Assembly: GCA_035458995.1 (NCBI GenBank) | Contig: DATHYS010000048.1 | Location: 1-62,136 of the forward strand | DNA from: Nitrosopumilus sp. | GTDB lineage: Archaea > Thermoproteota > Nitrososphaeria > Nitrososphaerales > Nitrosopumilaceae | Length of the DNA stretch: 62,136 nucleotides | Direction: 5' to 3' | Shown: one piece after another, positions 1 through 10,298 of the stretch | How positions within the stretch are numbered: position 1 is the first letter of the stretch | Layout of the letters: every line of letters begins with the position of its first letter | Notes under the pieces: generated by a model | What the model was told of the DNA's origin: nothing | The model's database searches: none | What the model saw: the letters and a program-made list of their open reading frames with translations, nothing else | Position numbers and translations under genes: made by a program

Positions 1-1792
1 TAATGAAATTGGTAGATTCTGTACCAAACAGCCAAACAGGGTTTTTGGAAACTATGCCATTTTCATTGGTTGTTTCAGGCAGATTAGCCATTACCAAATC
101 TAAATCAGCTTGAATTGCCACCAAATGATCACGGATTACAACAGGATCAGAAGAAGCCATAACTCCATCAAGATTTCCTCGAATTCTATCTAGAGGGTAA
201 ATGTCAGTGTTGTAACCTGCAATCACCATAATGCCACCAAAAATAATTATTGAAAAAATTCCAACAACAGAAAGTTTGTAGATACGGTTTGCGGTTATTT
301 CTTTTTTTGAGAGAGTTTTTGGATTTTTAGATTTGTTTCTTTTGAATCTAGTATGAGACAAACTCATGTATGCAATATAGAAAAAGCCTATAGTTTGTAG
401 AAGAATAATAGGTACAAAAACAGGATTATTTGAGAATATAGAAATAAAGACGCCCATAATTCCATAAACGCCAAAAAATATTTCTAAAAGAGTGGTTTGG
501 GTAAATGGTAAATTATACGCCTTGTCTCTCCAATCATCATTTTTTGTTACAATTCCATATTTTGGAGTTCTGTGAAATACATTTTTCTTTCCAAGTACAG
601 CATCAAAAACTGCAACTGTATTGTTTACAGACATTCCAGCATTATAGATTAACAAAGACGGGAGTAATTTCGCTCTTGATTTCCATGACTTGTCATACAT
701 TCCATGAATTACAATCATGTATGCTCCAGGTCCCATTGCAAGATATGTAGCAATTGTAATTGCAGGAAGAACGCTAACTACGTAGAGATTAATCTGAGAT
801 GCAAGCAATATGGGCAATGCTAAAAACTGTATCAAAACTAGAGGGTAAACAATATGACGAGTGAGTTGAATGAATGCTTGAATTTTTGCTTCAAGTGCAA
901 CATTTCGTTTCAAACCAATCTCAGAGAGTAATTTTATTGCACATTGAATTGATCCTTTTGCCCAACGGAATTGTTGTCTTTTGGCACCATTCATCTGAGC
1001 TGGTAATTCAGCATCAACTACAATGTCAGGCAAGAACAAACATTTCCAGCCTTTCATTTGTGCTCTATAACTCAAATCAAGATCTTCAACAAGAGTGGCA
1101 GTATGCCAACCTCCAGCATCCTCAATACATTCACGCCTCCAAATTCCTGCGGTTCCATTGAAATTCATGAACAGGTGAGAATTGCTTTTTGCCTTTTGTT
1201 CAACTAGAAAATGAAAGTCAATACTGAGTGCTTGTACTTGAGTGAGGGTAGAATAATTTTCATTAACATGTCCCCATCTACACTGGACTAGACCAATTTT
1301 GGATTTTGAAAAGTGAGGTATCGCTTTTTTAAGGAACCATGTTGGTGGAATAAAATCTGCATCAAATATTGCAACGAGATCAGTATCAGTGGTTTTCATT
1401 GCATGTTTTAATGCACCAGCTTTGTACCCTTTTCTTGTACCACGCCTTACATGCTCAATTTTGAATCCTTGTTTTTTATAATCATCAACCACACCTCCAA
1501 GTAATTCAACTGTATCATCATCAGAGTCATCACAGACCATAATTCGCATTTTGTCTTTTGGATAATCCATACTACAAACAGCATCTACCAATCTTTTTGC
1601 AACATACTTTTCATTGTAAATTGGCAATTGGATAGTAACTGAGGGCGTCCCCCAATCAATTGTAGGGTGATTTTCTTTTCTCGTTCTAGAGATGAATGCA
1701 AGGTAATAGAAATTCACAGTATATGCTGTGATGATAATTGCAGATATGATAAACAGATCAAATACAAATGAAGTGAAAGGGTTGATTGCCAT
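1..1792 (-). CDS. GT2 cellulose-synthase-like glycosyltransferase, membrane-bound (runs off the left window edge)
   Basis: Hand translation from ATG at 1792: MAINPFTSFVFDLF...VTIQLPIYNE...VCDDSDD...GYKAGAL...AIFDADF...LVEDLDL...QQFRWAKG (D,D,D,QxxRW signature); absent from the ORF track because no stop lies in the window. Confidence 0.9.
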   Translation of the reverse strand, partial: MAINPFTSFVFDLFIISAIIITAYTVNFYYLAFISRTRKENHPTIDWGTPSVTIQLPIYNEKYVAKRLVDAVCSMDYPKDKMRIMVCDDSDDDTVELLGGVVDDYKKQGFKIEHVRRGTRKGYKAGALKHAMKTTDTDLVAIFDADFIPPTWFLKKAIPHFSKSKIGLVQCRWGHVNENYSTLTQVQALSIDFHFLVEQKAKSNSHLFMNFNGTAGIWRRECIEDAGGWHTATLVEDLDLSYRAQMKGWKCLFLPDIVVDAELPAQMNGAKRQQFRWAKGSIQCAIKLLSEIGLKRNVALEAKIQAFIQLTRHIVYPLVLIQFLALPILLASQINLYVVSVLPAITIATYLAMGPGAYMIVIHGMYDKSWKSRAKLLPSLLIYNAGMSVNNTVAVFDAVLGKKNVFHRTPKYGIVTKNDDWRDKAYNLPFTQTTLLEIFFGVYGIMGVFISIFSNNPVFVPIILLQTIGFFYIAYMSLSHTRFKRNKSKNPKTLSKKEITANRIYKLSVVGIFSIIIFGGIMVIAGYNTDIYPLDRIRGNLDGVMASSDPVVIRDHLVAIQADLDLVMANLPETTNENGIVSKNPVWLFGTESTNFI

Positions 1793-1846
1793 GTCCCTAA
1801 TTTCTGGAAATCACTAATCGCTATTTATACTTGTAAATAATTTAGA

Positions 1847-2794
1847 TTATTTTTGCTCATAGATCTTGATTGCTTGTGGAGGACAAACACCTTCACATGC
1901 AAGACAGAAAATACAATCAGGTTCTTTTGACATTAATGGTTTCTTCTCAGATCCAGGATTTCCAGGAGTATCAAACCATTCGTAAACTCCTACAGGACAG
2001 GCTTCAAGACATCCACCATCTGCAATACAAATATCATAATCTACTGAAACAAACTCTCCCCAAACTCCCATGATAGCATTTTCAGAGCCCTTTCTACCCC
2101 AAGTTTTGATGGTGTGTTCAGCAGCCTCAAATGGTTTTGATGGCTTCATTTTTGATTTGTAATCAACATCAATTGGTCCAGGTTTTGCACCATCAGGAAT
2201 TTCAATTGCACTGTCATCTTCTTCCTCCTCATCATCTTTTGCTTCAATTGGTTTTGGTTTTGCACCAAGAACAATTTTTGCAAGAGGTGTTAGTTCTTCT
2301 AATTTTTGAATGGCTGCAATTTCAGAGATTTTTTCAGTTTTAGCATAATATGAAATCATTTTGTCAGCCAAGATAGTATTACGTAAAATTGTATCAATTA
2401 CCATTTTTGCAAAATGGTCTGCCTTTTTTCTATAATCTTTTACCCAGTTAGGATCACCAAACTTTTCAATTGGGAAAATTTGATAAATGATATCTACTAC
2501 TTCGCCAGTTACAATTTCAACAGTAACTGACAAGTCAACTTCTTCGTATCCTTTTGCATCAGGATCATCCATGTTTTGTTCTTTCCAACGATATGTTGCG
2601 TAAATCCTATCGGCATACATGTCCATTTCAAATGCTTTTTTGAGGCCATCATGAACGGATTTTATTTCGGGAATTTCTTCGAGTTTGATTGGTAATCTGT
2701 ATAGTCCAAGTTTGTAACCATGTAGAGGATATACACCACGTTTTGCAGTTGGTGCTTCCATAGAATAAACTCGATCTTTTAGAAGTAAGGACAT
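1847..2794 (-). CDS. Dicluster ferredoxin domain protein with large N-terminal domain
   Basis: C-terminal CIADGGCLEACP and CIFCLACEGVCP motifs, similar to archaeal 7Fe/zinc-type ferredoxins; acidic linker. Confidence 0.8.
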   Translation of the reverse strand: MSLLLKDRVYSMEAPTAKRGVYPLHGYKLGLYRLPIKLEEIPEIKSVHDGLKKAFEMDMYADRIYATYRWKEQNMDDPDAKGYEEVDLSVTVEIVTGEVVDIIYQIFPIEKFGDPNWVKDYRKKADHFAKMVIDTILRNTILADKMISYYAKTEKISEIAAIQKLEELTPLAKIVLGAKPKPIEAKDDEEEEDDSAIEIPDGAKPGPIDVDYKSKMKPSKPFEAAEHTIKTWGRKGSENAIMGVWGEFVSVDYDICIADGGCLEACPVGVYEWFDTPGNPGSEKKPLMSKEPDCIFCLACEGVCPPQAIKIYEQK

Positions 2795-2830
2795 CTGTCT
2801 TTACTGAATGCAATTTATTTAAAAAGGTTA

Positions 2831-3142
2831 TCAGTCGCCATCGTCAGGACATGTAAGTTCTCGTAGTTCGGTGTATTTTTTTTCCATAGCTTCTGCATGA
2901 ATCACTACATCTGAGAGATCGTATGAATCCTTTGCAAAATACCAACGAATTGGAACCCAATGACCAATTCCATCCATGTCATGAATCATCCCTTTATCGG
3001 CTTTGACGTTAATTTTTTCATCAATAGATGTTTCTCTAATTTCAAGACCACGTTTTGTTTTGTCCTCCATGATAATATCAGACTCACCATCTTTGATAAA
3101 ATAGAAAGAGCCTTTCTTTAAAACAGGAAGGTCTAATAGCAA
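2831..3142 (-). CDS. Hypothetical protein
   Basis: 103-aa ORF directly downstream of the sulfurtransferase, same strand. Confidence 0.7.
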   Translation of the reverse strand: MLLDLPVLKKGSFYFIKDGESDIIMEDKTKRGLEIRETSIDEKINVKADKGMIHDMDGIGHWVPIRWYFAKDSYDLSDVVIHAEAMEKKYTELRELTCPDDGD

Positions 3143-3143
3143 T

Positions 3144-3989
3144 TTATTTTTCCACAGGATTTCCTATCATGTTACCCCATTCAGTCCAAGAACCATCATA
3201 GTTTCGGACCTTTGGATATCCAAGGAGATATTTTAGTACAAACCAACTGTGTGAAGAACGCTCTCCAATCCTACAGTAACAAATTACATCTTTGTCTGGA
3301 GTAACACCTTTTGTTTCATAATTTTGTCTTAGTTCCTCAACTGCTTTGAATGTGCCATCAGCATCATTGACTGCAGTTGCCCATGGAATATTGTTTGCAT
3401 CAGGAATATGTCCACCTCTTTGTGCATGCTCCATTGGATACTCAGGAGGTGCAGTAATTTGACCTGTAAATTCTGCAGGAGATCTTACATCAACCATTAC
3501 AGTATCTTCTTTTCCTAATGCACGACTAACATCAAACAGGTATGCACGTAATCCTTCATCAGGGGGTTGTGCAATGTAGTTTGTTGCAGCTGCTTGAGGT
3601 TCATCAGTAGTGTAATCTTTATTTTCTAATTCCCATTTTTTTCTTCCACCATTCATAATCTTTAGATTTTCATGTCCATAGATTTTGAAAACCCAGAAAA
3701 CAAATGCTGCAAACCAATTGTTAAAGTCACCATAAAGAATTACTTCAGTATCTGCAGTAATTCCATTTTTTGACATTAATGCTTCAAATTCTTTTTTAGA
3801 AATGATATCTCTTGTAACAGGATCATTAATGTCTCGTTTCCACCAGATTAGACTGGCACCATTAATGTGGCCTTTTTGATAACCGTTTACTGGATCATAA
3901 TCGACTTCAACTATTTTCCTATTTTCATTAGGAGGATTTTGTGATACCCATTCAGTGTCTACTAAAACTTCAGGATGTGCGTAACTCAT
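3144..3989 (-). CDS. Thiosulfate sulfurtransferase (tandem rhodanese)
   Basis: GHIPDA, CYCRIGERSS active-site loop, YDGSWTEW; start taken as ATG 3989 (MSYAHPEVLV). Confidence 0.93.
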   Translation of the reverse strand: MSYAHPEVLVDTEWVSQNPPNENRKIVEVDYDPVNGYQKGHINGASLIWWKRDINDPVTRDIISKKEFEALMSKNGITADTEVILYGDFNNWFAAFVFWVFKIYGHENLKIMNGGRKKWELENKDYTTDEPQAAATNYIAQPPDEGLRAYLFDVSRALGKEDTVMVDVRSPAEFTGQITAPPEYPMEHAQRGGHIPDANNIPWATAVNDADGTFKAVEELRQNYETKGVTPDKDVICYCRIGERSSHSWFVLKYLLGYPKVRNYDGSWTEWGNMIGNPVEK

Positions 3990-4079
3990 ATTTTTTACGA
4001 AAACGATTTCATACTTAATTGTTTTTCCAGAAAATGCTAAAAATATCATTTTTAAGTAAATAAGATTCAGAAGAACTGC

Positions 4080-4895
4080 TTGAAATTACAAAAAGTAGCA
4101 GTCGTAAGCAAAGTAGGATCTAAAGATTCAGAGGAAGCTGCTAAAGATGTTGCAAAAAAGCTTTTAGCAAAAAAATCCAAAGTGTTTACAATTTCACCAA
4201 TTCAAGTCGAAGGTGCAAAGCAATTTGAAGATCTAGAGGAATTAAAAAAAGAAAAACTGGATTTGGTGGTGACATTAGGTGGAGACGGTACTACACTTCG
4301 AGTTTTTAGAAATTTAGAGAATGAAACACCAATTTTGACAATTAATGTGGGTGGGAATAGAGGAATTTTAGCAGAAATCACAATTGATGAAATTGATGAT
4401 GCAATTGAACAAATTTTGAAAGACAATTTCTTTTTAGATAAAAGAACCAGAGTCGTCGCGTCTTGTGGAGGAAGAGAATTTCCTCCGGCATTAAATGAGA
4501 TTTACATTTCAAGAACAAATTTGACAAAAACTGCAGAAATTAAAATCAAATTTCAAGACGACACTGTAAAACAAAAGATGGATGGAGTAATCATTGCAAC
4601 CCCAAGTGGATCTACAGGACATTCGTTTTCACTAGGAGGTCCAATTTTGCATGAGAGTCTAGATGTCTTAATTATCACACCAGTTGCACCAGTGTATAGA
4701 CTGGCATCATTAATTGTTCCAGATGAGAAAATTGAGATCACTTGTTCACATGATTGTAACATTGTAATGGATGCACAAGTTGTAAAAACGGCAGGGTATG
4801 AGGAATCAATTACCATAAAGAAATACAAAAAACCAGCAGTCTTTCTAAGATTAAAGAAGAGAGGACTGAGACAGATGAGCAAGCTTGGATTTTAG
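4080..4895 (+). CDS. nadK: NAD(+) kinase
   Basis: GGDGT, NE and DGVIIATPSGSTGHSFSLGGP motifs. Confidence 0.93.
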   Translation: MKLQKVAVVSKVGSKDSEEAAKDVAKKLLAKKSKVFTISPIQVEGAKQFEDLEELKKEKLDLVVTLGGDGTTLRVFRNLENETPILTINVGGNRGILAEITIDEIDDAIEQILKDNFFLDKRTRVVASCGGREFPPALNEIYISRTNLTKTAEIKIKFQDDTVKQKMDGVIIATPSGSTGHSFSLGGPILHESLDVLIITPVAPVYRLASLIVPDEKIEITCSHDCNIVMDAQVVKTAGYEESITIKKYKKPAVFLRLKKRGLRQMSKLGF

Positions 4896-5364
4896 AATTT
4901 TAGATGCAAGTGCATTTTATGCAGGAGTTCCTTTTAGATCATCTGAGGATTGTTTTACAACATCACTAGTTTATGATGAAATCAAACACATAAAGAAAAA
5001 TCATGATGCATTAGGAACATTACTTGAGACTAATCGATTGAAAATCAGAGAGCCTGATTCAGAATCAACAAAAAGTGCAATTAAAGCATCTAAAGAAACA
5101 GGTGATTTTCCACAATTATCAAAACAAGATATCTCAATCATTGCACTATGCATAGAAATGAAAGGGCAGATAATCAGTGATGATTTTGCAATTTCAAATG
5201 TTGCAAGGAATTTAGGTTTAGAAATACGCCCTATCATGACCAAAGGAATCAAGGATGTGGGCAAGTGGGTTCACTATTGTCCTGGATGTAGAACGAATCA
5301 CTCAAGTGGAACAGAATGTCCTGCATGTGGTACTCCACTGAAAAGGAAATTACTCAAAGACTAG
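4885..5364 (+). CDS. nob1: NOB1 family PIN endonuclease with zinc ribbon
   Basis: ILDASAF PIN start, SDDFAI, C-terminal CPGC...CPACG. Confidence 0.88.
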   Translation: MDFRILDASAFYAGVPFRSSEDCFTTSLVYDEIKHIKKNHDALGTLLETNRLKIREPDSESTKSAIKASKETGDFPQLSKQDISIIALCIEMKGQIISDDFAISNVARNLGLEIRPIMTKGIKDVGKWVHYCPGCRTNHSSGTECPACGTPLKRKLLKD

Positions 5365-5372
5365 AATCATTT

Positions 5373-6059
5373 TTAAGAATCATGTAATGTTTTTTGGTTT
5401 GATTTTTTCAGATGCTTGCTTTTAGTGTCTAAAACTTTTTTTATTTTCTTGGCCCTTGCCTCTCCCAAACCTTCAACTTTTGCAAGTTCAGCAGTTGTTG
5501 CAGTAAATACTTTGAGTGGCGTTCCAAACTTTTCAAGCATTCTTACTGCAAATTTTTCTCCGACTCCTGGAAGACTGCATAGAGATGAGAGTTGTTGTCG
5601 TTCTAGGTCAGATGATTTTTTGATTTTCTTCAAATATGGTCCTTTAGGAGTATCTTTTCTTGAACACATTGAGACCAGTAATTTTGCAGTATGGGTTGCA
5701 CTTGGGGTAGGGATTACAGGAATTTTAAAATCTAAAACTACAGTAGAGATTGCACCATAAAATATCAGGGGATTTTCAGCGATTTCTTCAATCTCATCAA
5801 CATTTCCCTCCATCAGTACAATCGGATGTTCAAAATGCTCCTTGAGTCTAGTGCATTGATCAAAAAGACGTCCATCAAAAACTGAAGCCATTAGGTCACG
5901 GATACTTTTTCGCTCAACAATAGTTTCAGGTGCTACGATATAATCTCCAATGGGCAATGTTTTCATTTCAATGTTGAGTCCAATAGATTTTAGAAGATCA
6001 GGAATTCCACTTTTTCGCTCTCGTTCATCTACAATAATTCTCAAATTTTCTAATTTCAC
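5373..6059 (-). CDS. xpf: Short XPF/ERCC4 structure-specific endonuclease
   Basis: VDERE, GDY...VERKS ERCC4 motif, tandem HhH motifs (LPGVG, VEGLG). Confidence 0.88.
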   Translation of the reverse strand: MKLENLRIIVDERERKSGIPDLLKSIGLNIEMKTLPIGDYIVAPETIVERKSIRDLMASVFDGRLFDQCTRLKEHFEHPIVLMEGNVDEIEEIAENPLIFYGAISTVVLDFKIPVIPTPSATHTAKLLVSMCSRKDTPKGPYLKKIKKSSDLERQQLSSLCSLPGVGEKFAVRMLEKFGTPLKVFTATTAELAKVEGLGEARAKKIKKVLDTKSKHLKKSNQKTLHDS

Positions 6060-6111
6060 AAATATTGATTGTGAAGATTGTTAATATCTTGTATGAAATG
6101 GACTAGAGAAA

Positions 6112-6513
6112 TTATTTTCTAGGATTATCTTCAGCAGGAGGAGCATTTGAAGGAGGATTTCCACCGCCGCTTTTCATCATTTCAGTAATTTTTGTTTCTT
6201 GTTCTTTAAGGGATTCTTTAAGGCGGGTTTCTTGTTTTTCAAGAACTGTAGAACGAGTTTTTGACATTTCTATTCTCTCTTCTAGTTCATCAATTAATTC
6301 CTGTTTTTTAGATTTAATCAAAACTGTACCAGCTTGTTTGAATACTGCATCACCATCTGCAACTTTTTTTAATTCTTCAAGAGCTTTTTCAGTTTCTGCT
6401 TTTTCAATGTCTAGATGTTGTCTTTGAGTCATTACAGATTGAAGGCTCTGTTGAGATTGCTGCATTTTCATAATCTGTTCTTGAAGCCATGGTGGCATTT
6501 GTCCTGCTGACAT
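6112..6513 (-). CDS. pfdB: Prefoldin subunit beta
   Basis: Coiled coil with VFKQAGTVLI hairpin; exosome superoperon context. Confidence 0.92.
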   Translation of the reverse strand: MSAGQMPPWLQEQIMKMQQSQQSLQSVMTQRQHLDIEKAETEKALEELKKVADGDAVFKQAGTVLIKSKKQELIDELEERIEMSKTRSTVLEKQETRLKESLKEQETKITEMMKSGGGNPPSNAPPAEDNPRK

Positions 6514-6536
6514 GAGTAATCAAAAATCTTGTTTCA

Positions 6537-6782
6537 TTATATCTTTACCGATTCAATTGAATCATAACTTGCCTGAATCAGTCTAAGGGTAGAATTCAAG
6601 TTTGCTCTAAGATGAGTTAATTGTTCAGTTTCAACAGAGATAGTAATTTTTTCATCAAAGGATATCTTAGTTTTTACAGGATTTTCTGGATAAAATTCAT
6701 TATCAGCATTTACAGAATCATAAATTGCTCTAGTTTTGTCTTTTGCATCGACGGTAATTTTTGCACTAAAGTTTAACGTCAT
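6537..6782 (-). CDS. pcc1: KEOPS complex subunit Pcc1
   Basis: LRANLNSTLRLI motif; position between L37ae and pfdB. Confidence 0.8.
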   Translation of the reverse strand: MTLNFSAKITVDAKDKTRAIYDSVNADNEFYPENPVKTKISFDEKITISVETEQLTHLRANLNSTLRLIQASYDSIESVKI

Positions 6783-6978
6783 ATGCAGTTCCAGCTACTT
6801 TATAGCTGCATTTTTTACAAGACCAAATTCCTACGGCATCTCTACCAAATGTTTGTGAACCACATTCAGGACATGTTCTTTTTTCTTTTAGTTGGAGGTG
6901 AATTTTGGTATATTGCTTTCTAAGTTTAATTCCATAACGAGCACCCAGTCCTTTTAGTGATTTCTTTGCTTTTGCCAT
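6766..6978 (-). CDS. rpl37ae: 50S ribosomal protein L37Ae
   Basis: GARYG, CPECG...GIWSCKKC...AGTAY. Confidence 0.95.
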   Translation of the reverse strand: MAKAKKSLKGLGARYGIKLRKQYTKIHLQLKEKRTCPECGSQTFGRDAVGIWSCKKCSYKVAGTAYDVKL

Positions 6979-6979
6979 T

Positions 6980-7798
6980 TTATTGACTTCCCTTTTGAGC
7001 TTCTTTTAATTTTTCTCTTATTTTTGCGCCTACTCTAACAGATATCTCCCCACACTGATTAATTTCATCTTGTGTAAAGCCATCACTGCCACCTTTTTGT
7101 AAAGCACAAATATTTCCATTAGAATCACTTGTAATTGTAACACGAGCATCCATACTATCCCATTCATCTCCATTTGGATCAACGATGATATGGTTTCCAA
7201 TTTTGCCCATAGTAACAGATACTGGAATAGTCTCAATTGGTAATGATGTTTCTTCACCTTCTACTAAGACTGGTGCATCATCTATCCAATCCCATTTTGG
7301 GCTTTTAGCTACAAGTAGTGCAGCAGTTGCAGCATAAGAACAGGCATCAAAGAGATTACCGTCTTGATCAACTACAACGTTGTCAGCAAATACACCAACA
7401 ACTGATTTGTCTTTTAGAATAACCAATTTAGTAACATCAATCATGTGACTTTCTCTGATTCCTCTATCAGTAACTCTTGCCAATTCGATTACTGGTGGTT
7501 GTGGAGGACCAGTTTCTACAGTTGGATGAGATAATGGTAATAGTTCAGCAGTACACATGAAAATTCCTTTATCACCAGTATCTGGGAAAGGTCTGTCTGG
7601 TTGAATTTTCACACCACAAATAACTTCAGTATCACCCAGTCTGATTCTTGCAGAACCATTTGCTTTTGGAATTGCATTAGTTTCAATAGTAAGTTCACGG
7701 CATTCATCAAGTGCACGTCCATCAACTCTTTTTCCTTGTTCAAGTAATTCAAGAATTTGTGTTCTCTTTAATTCATCAATAACAGAAGTAGATGTCAA
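6980..7798 (-). CDS. rrp42: Exosome complex component Rrp42
   Basis: RVDGR, GSARIRLGDT, DGNLFDA; RNase PH fold; operon context. Confidence 0.95.
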   Translation of the reverse strand: MTSTSVIDELKRTQILELLEQGKRVDGRALDECRELTIETNAIPKANGSARIRLGDTEVICGVKIQPDRPFPDTGDKGIFMCTAELLPLSHPTVETGPPQPPVIELARVTDRGIRESHMIDVTKLVILKDKSVVGVFADNVVVDQDGNLFDACSYAATAALLVAKSPKWDWIDDAPVLVEGEETSLPIETIPVSVTMGKIGNHIIVDPNGDEWDSMDARVTITSDSNGNICALQKGGSDGFTQDEINQCGEISVRVGAKIREKLKEAQKGSQ

Positions 7799-7800
7799 TT

Positions 7801-8535
7801 TTAGTCGCCTCCATTTCCAAAGTATTTGTCTTTGAGTGCTTTCTTTTGTAATTCGTAAACAACCTTACAACCTTTAACTCCAACGTCTACACATTTTTTG
7901 TATTCTTCAGGAGTTAGAACACCATCTAATTGTAATAGAGTAATTTTATCAAGACTTGGCATGTAGCCAATTGGCATGTCTGCTTGACCTGCTTGGTCTT
8001 CTTCATTGTTAACATCAAGAATTACAGTATCGGCAACTTTTCCTGCTGCGACTGCTGCAACCATATCCCTCATTGGAATACCAGCATCAGCTAATGCAAC
8101 AGATGCTGCAGTTAATGCAGCACAACGAGTTCCACCATCTGCTTGTAAAACTTCAATAAATACATCAACTGCAGTTCTTGGGAATTTTTCAAGCATAACT
8201 GCAGGTTCTAGTGCTTCTTTGATTACTTTGGAAATTTCAATCTCTCTTCTGGAAGGAGCAGGATTTTTTCTCTCACCAACAGAAAAGGGTTCCATGTGAT
8301 ATCTGACTCTTAAAATTCCAGTATCAGTGTTTGACATGTGTTTTGGATGAACGTCTCTTGGTCCGAAAACTCCAACCAAAATTTTGTTATCACCAAATTC
8401 AATATAGGCAGAACCATCAGCGTTTTTTAGTCCGCCTGCTTTAATCATGATACGTCGTGTTTCGTCTACTTTACGTCCGTCACAACGAATACCATTCTCG
8501 TCCAAGAGGACCATTGTTGCGTCTCTTCCGCCCAT
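7801..8535 (-). CDS. rrp41: Exosome complex exonuclease Rrp41
   Basis: RCDGR, DGSAYIEFG, QADGGTRCA. Confidence 0.96.
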   Translation of the reverse strand: MGGRDATMVLLDENGIRCDGRKVDETRRIMIKAGGLKNADGSAYIEFGDNKILVGVFGPRDVHPKHMSNTDTGILRVRYHMEPFSVGERKNPAPSRREIEISKVIKEALEPAVMLEKFPRTAVDVFIEVLQADGGTRCAALTAASVALADAGIPMRDMVAAVAAGKVADTVILDVNNEEDQAGQADMPIGYMPSLDKITLLQLDGVLTPEEYKKCVDVGVKGCKVVYELQKKALKDKYFGNGGD

Positions 8536-9218
8536 TATGATTCATCATCCTTTATTTCTAACATTTCTTTCACTTGATCAGTCAAATTAGCAACATGTGC
8601 TTTTTCGTTAATCATTTCAATTGCTTTTTTAGCCTTTAATAATCCCTCGGGAGTCTCACATGAAACTACTACCCAGCCGTTCTGACCAATTGTAACAGCA
8701 GCATTTGTTGCCATCTCAATCATCTGAATCATGCTGCCTCTCTTTCCAATCAATCTTGGAACTTTACTTGGAGAGATTTTTACCAAGTCGCCTGAATCAA
8801 TTGTACCTAGATCTCTATCAGAGATTGTTACCAATGGGTCTCTTGTTCTATCAAAATTGGCTATTCTTGCAGCCACCAAGTCACCTGCCTTTAGTTTGGA
8901 GGATAGTTCATCAGCATGAGCAGAAAAGTCTCGTCCAAAGACATCTTGAGCAGGCAAAAATCCAACATAGCATGAGTTGATATCTAATTCCCAAGACAAA
9001 GAGGTATGGGAGATGACTTTACCAATTACTAAATCGTTAATTTTTGGAATATATTTTCCAGTTAAAGGAATGACTTTAACAGAATCATCATAAATTTCTG
9101 AAATACCAATAGTTGTAGAAATTATCTTATTTCCATCTAGAATTACGTTTTGTTCAGGTCTGAATGGTCCAGTAGTAACAACATCTCCTGGAATAACATA
9201 TTTTCTCTTATTATCCAT
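8535..9218 (-). CDS. rrp4: Exosome RNA-binding protein Rrp4
   Basis: S1 + KH domains (KVPRLIGKRGSM, GQNGWV). Confidence 0.95.
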   Translation of the reverse strand: MDNKRKYVIPGDVVTTGPFRPEQNVILDGNKIISTTIGISEIYDDSVKVIPLTGKYIPKINDLVIGKVISHTSLSWELDINSCYVGFLPAQDVFGRDFSAHADELSSKLKAGDLVAARIANFDRTRDPLVTISDRDLGTIDSGDLVKISPSKVPRLIGKRGSMIQMIEMATNAAVTIGQNGWVVVSCETPEGLLKAKKAIEMINEKAHVANLTDQVKEMLEIKDDES

Positions 9219-9904
9219 TATTGAACTACCTCGACTGAAGCTGAACCTTTTGTTATAGAACCTAGTCTGTCTATCACATTTGGCCTTGCTGCAGCGGGTA
9301 TTTCAAGTATTGCTTTTAGTGAACCATTATTTTGCCATTCTTCAGATTTTAGAGAACCTACAGACTTTAGCACTGCATATGATTGTGATGCATATTGTGC
9401 AGGAATTGTAATTTCCAATTGTAGGCTTTCTGTTTTCAGGGCAATGATTGAACGTAATTTTTCAACAATATCTTGTACCTGCTCTTCAACATTTTTTTGA
9501 GGATCAATTGAAACTCTGCCATCTTTCATTGCTTGCTCAATTCTTAATGGAGGATGGGGCAAGTGAGTTTTAGGATCGACATAGGTCTTTGCGATAAATG
9601 TAACAATTTGTTTTCTCTTTTCTTCTACCATTTTTCGTCTTTGATCAGTTGTAAGATTCAGATCACCTTTTTGCATTATTATTTCTGCAATCTCGGTTTG
9701 GTCTTCAGTTTTGAAAGCCTTTAGAAGTTTTTCAGATGATGGTCTGGTACCTTTACCAGAATCAGTGTAAATTTCATCAGAAACTAAAACTGCAGACAAG
9801 TCTTTTTTCTTTCCCATCTTGTATTCTAATGCAGGATCTGGCTTTACCATGATTTCAAATTTTTCGCCTTCAAATGAGTAGCGTACTAGTGTTACATCAG
9901 CCAT
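9218..9904 (-). CDS. Ribosome maturation protein SBDS/SDO1
   Basis: GEKFEI, DPKTHLPHPPLRIE motifs. Confidence 0.95.
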   Translation of the reverse strand: MADVTLVRYSFEGEKFEIMVKPDPALEYKMGKKKDLSAVLVSDEIYTDSGKGTRPSSEKLLKAFKTEDQTEIAEIIMQKGDLNLTTDQRRKMVEEKRKQIVTFIAKTYVDPKTHLPHPPLRIEQAMKDGRVSIDPQKNVEEQVQDIVEKLRSIIALKTESLQLEITIPAQYASQSYAVLKSVGSLKSEEWQNNGSLKAILEIPAAARPNVIDRLGSITKGSASVEVVQ

Positions 9905-9983
9905 TTCTAAAATTAATATGAGGATTTGCTATTTATCTGTACTAACATAATTGTGATTTCAGGCCGTATTTTTGAGGATTTTG

Positions 9984-10169
9984 TTATTGATGATTGATTA
10001 GTTTTAGGATTTTAGAAATGATACTATTAGAATCTGAATTTATCTCAGTTGCAGTAATGTTTTCTCTAAAACCTCCAGTAATTATCATGCCGGCATTGTT
10101 TTGAACTGCAGCATAACGAATACCAGAATCAATTTTTAGAACATCAGAAAACAACTTGTCAAAATCCAC
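9984..10169 (-). pseudogene. Internally deleted roadblock-like thaumarchaeal protein (possible pseudogene)
   Basis: N-terminal VLKIDSGIRYAAV...GGFRENI joined directly to a C-terminal-like TEINSDSNSIISKILKLI; only 61 aa. Confidence 0.45.
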
Positions 10170-10298
10170 AAATCAGATACTCAGGATGTGGACTCAAGCA
10201 TATCTGGAGAAAGGAGACATTATCAAAACCAAAAGATGTTGTTTCCATATAACCCAAAACCAGCTAGATTTTTATGTGGATTTTGGAGATTTTCGCTA

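Noticed and set aside
505-1161. Plus-strand ORFs 505-750 and 874-1161
   Set aside because: Antisense shadows of the GT2 glycosyltransferase.
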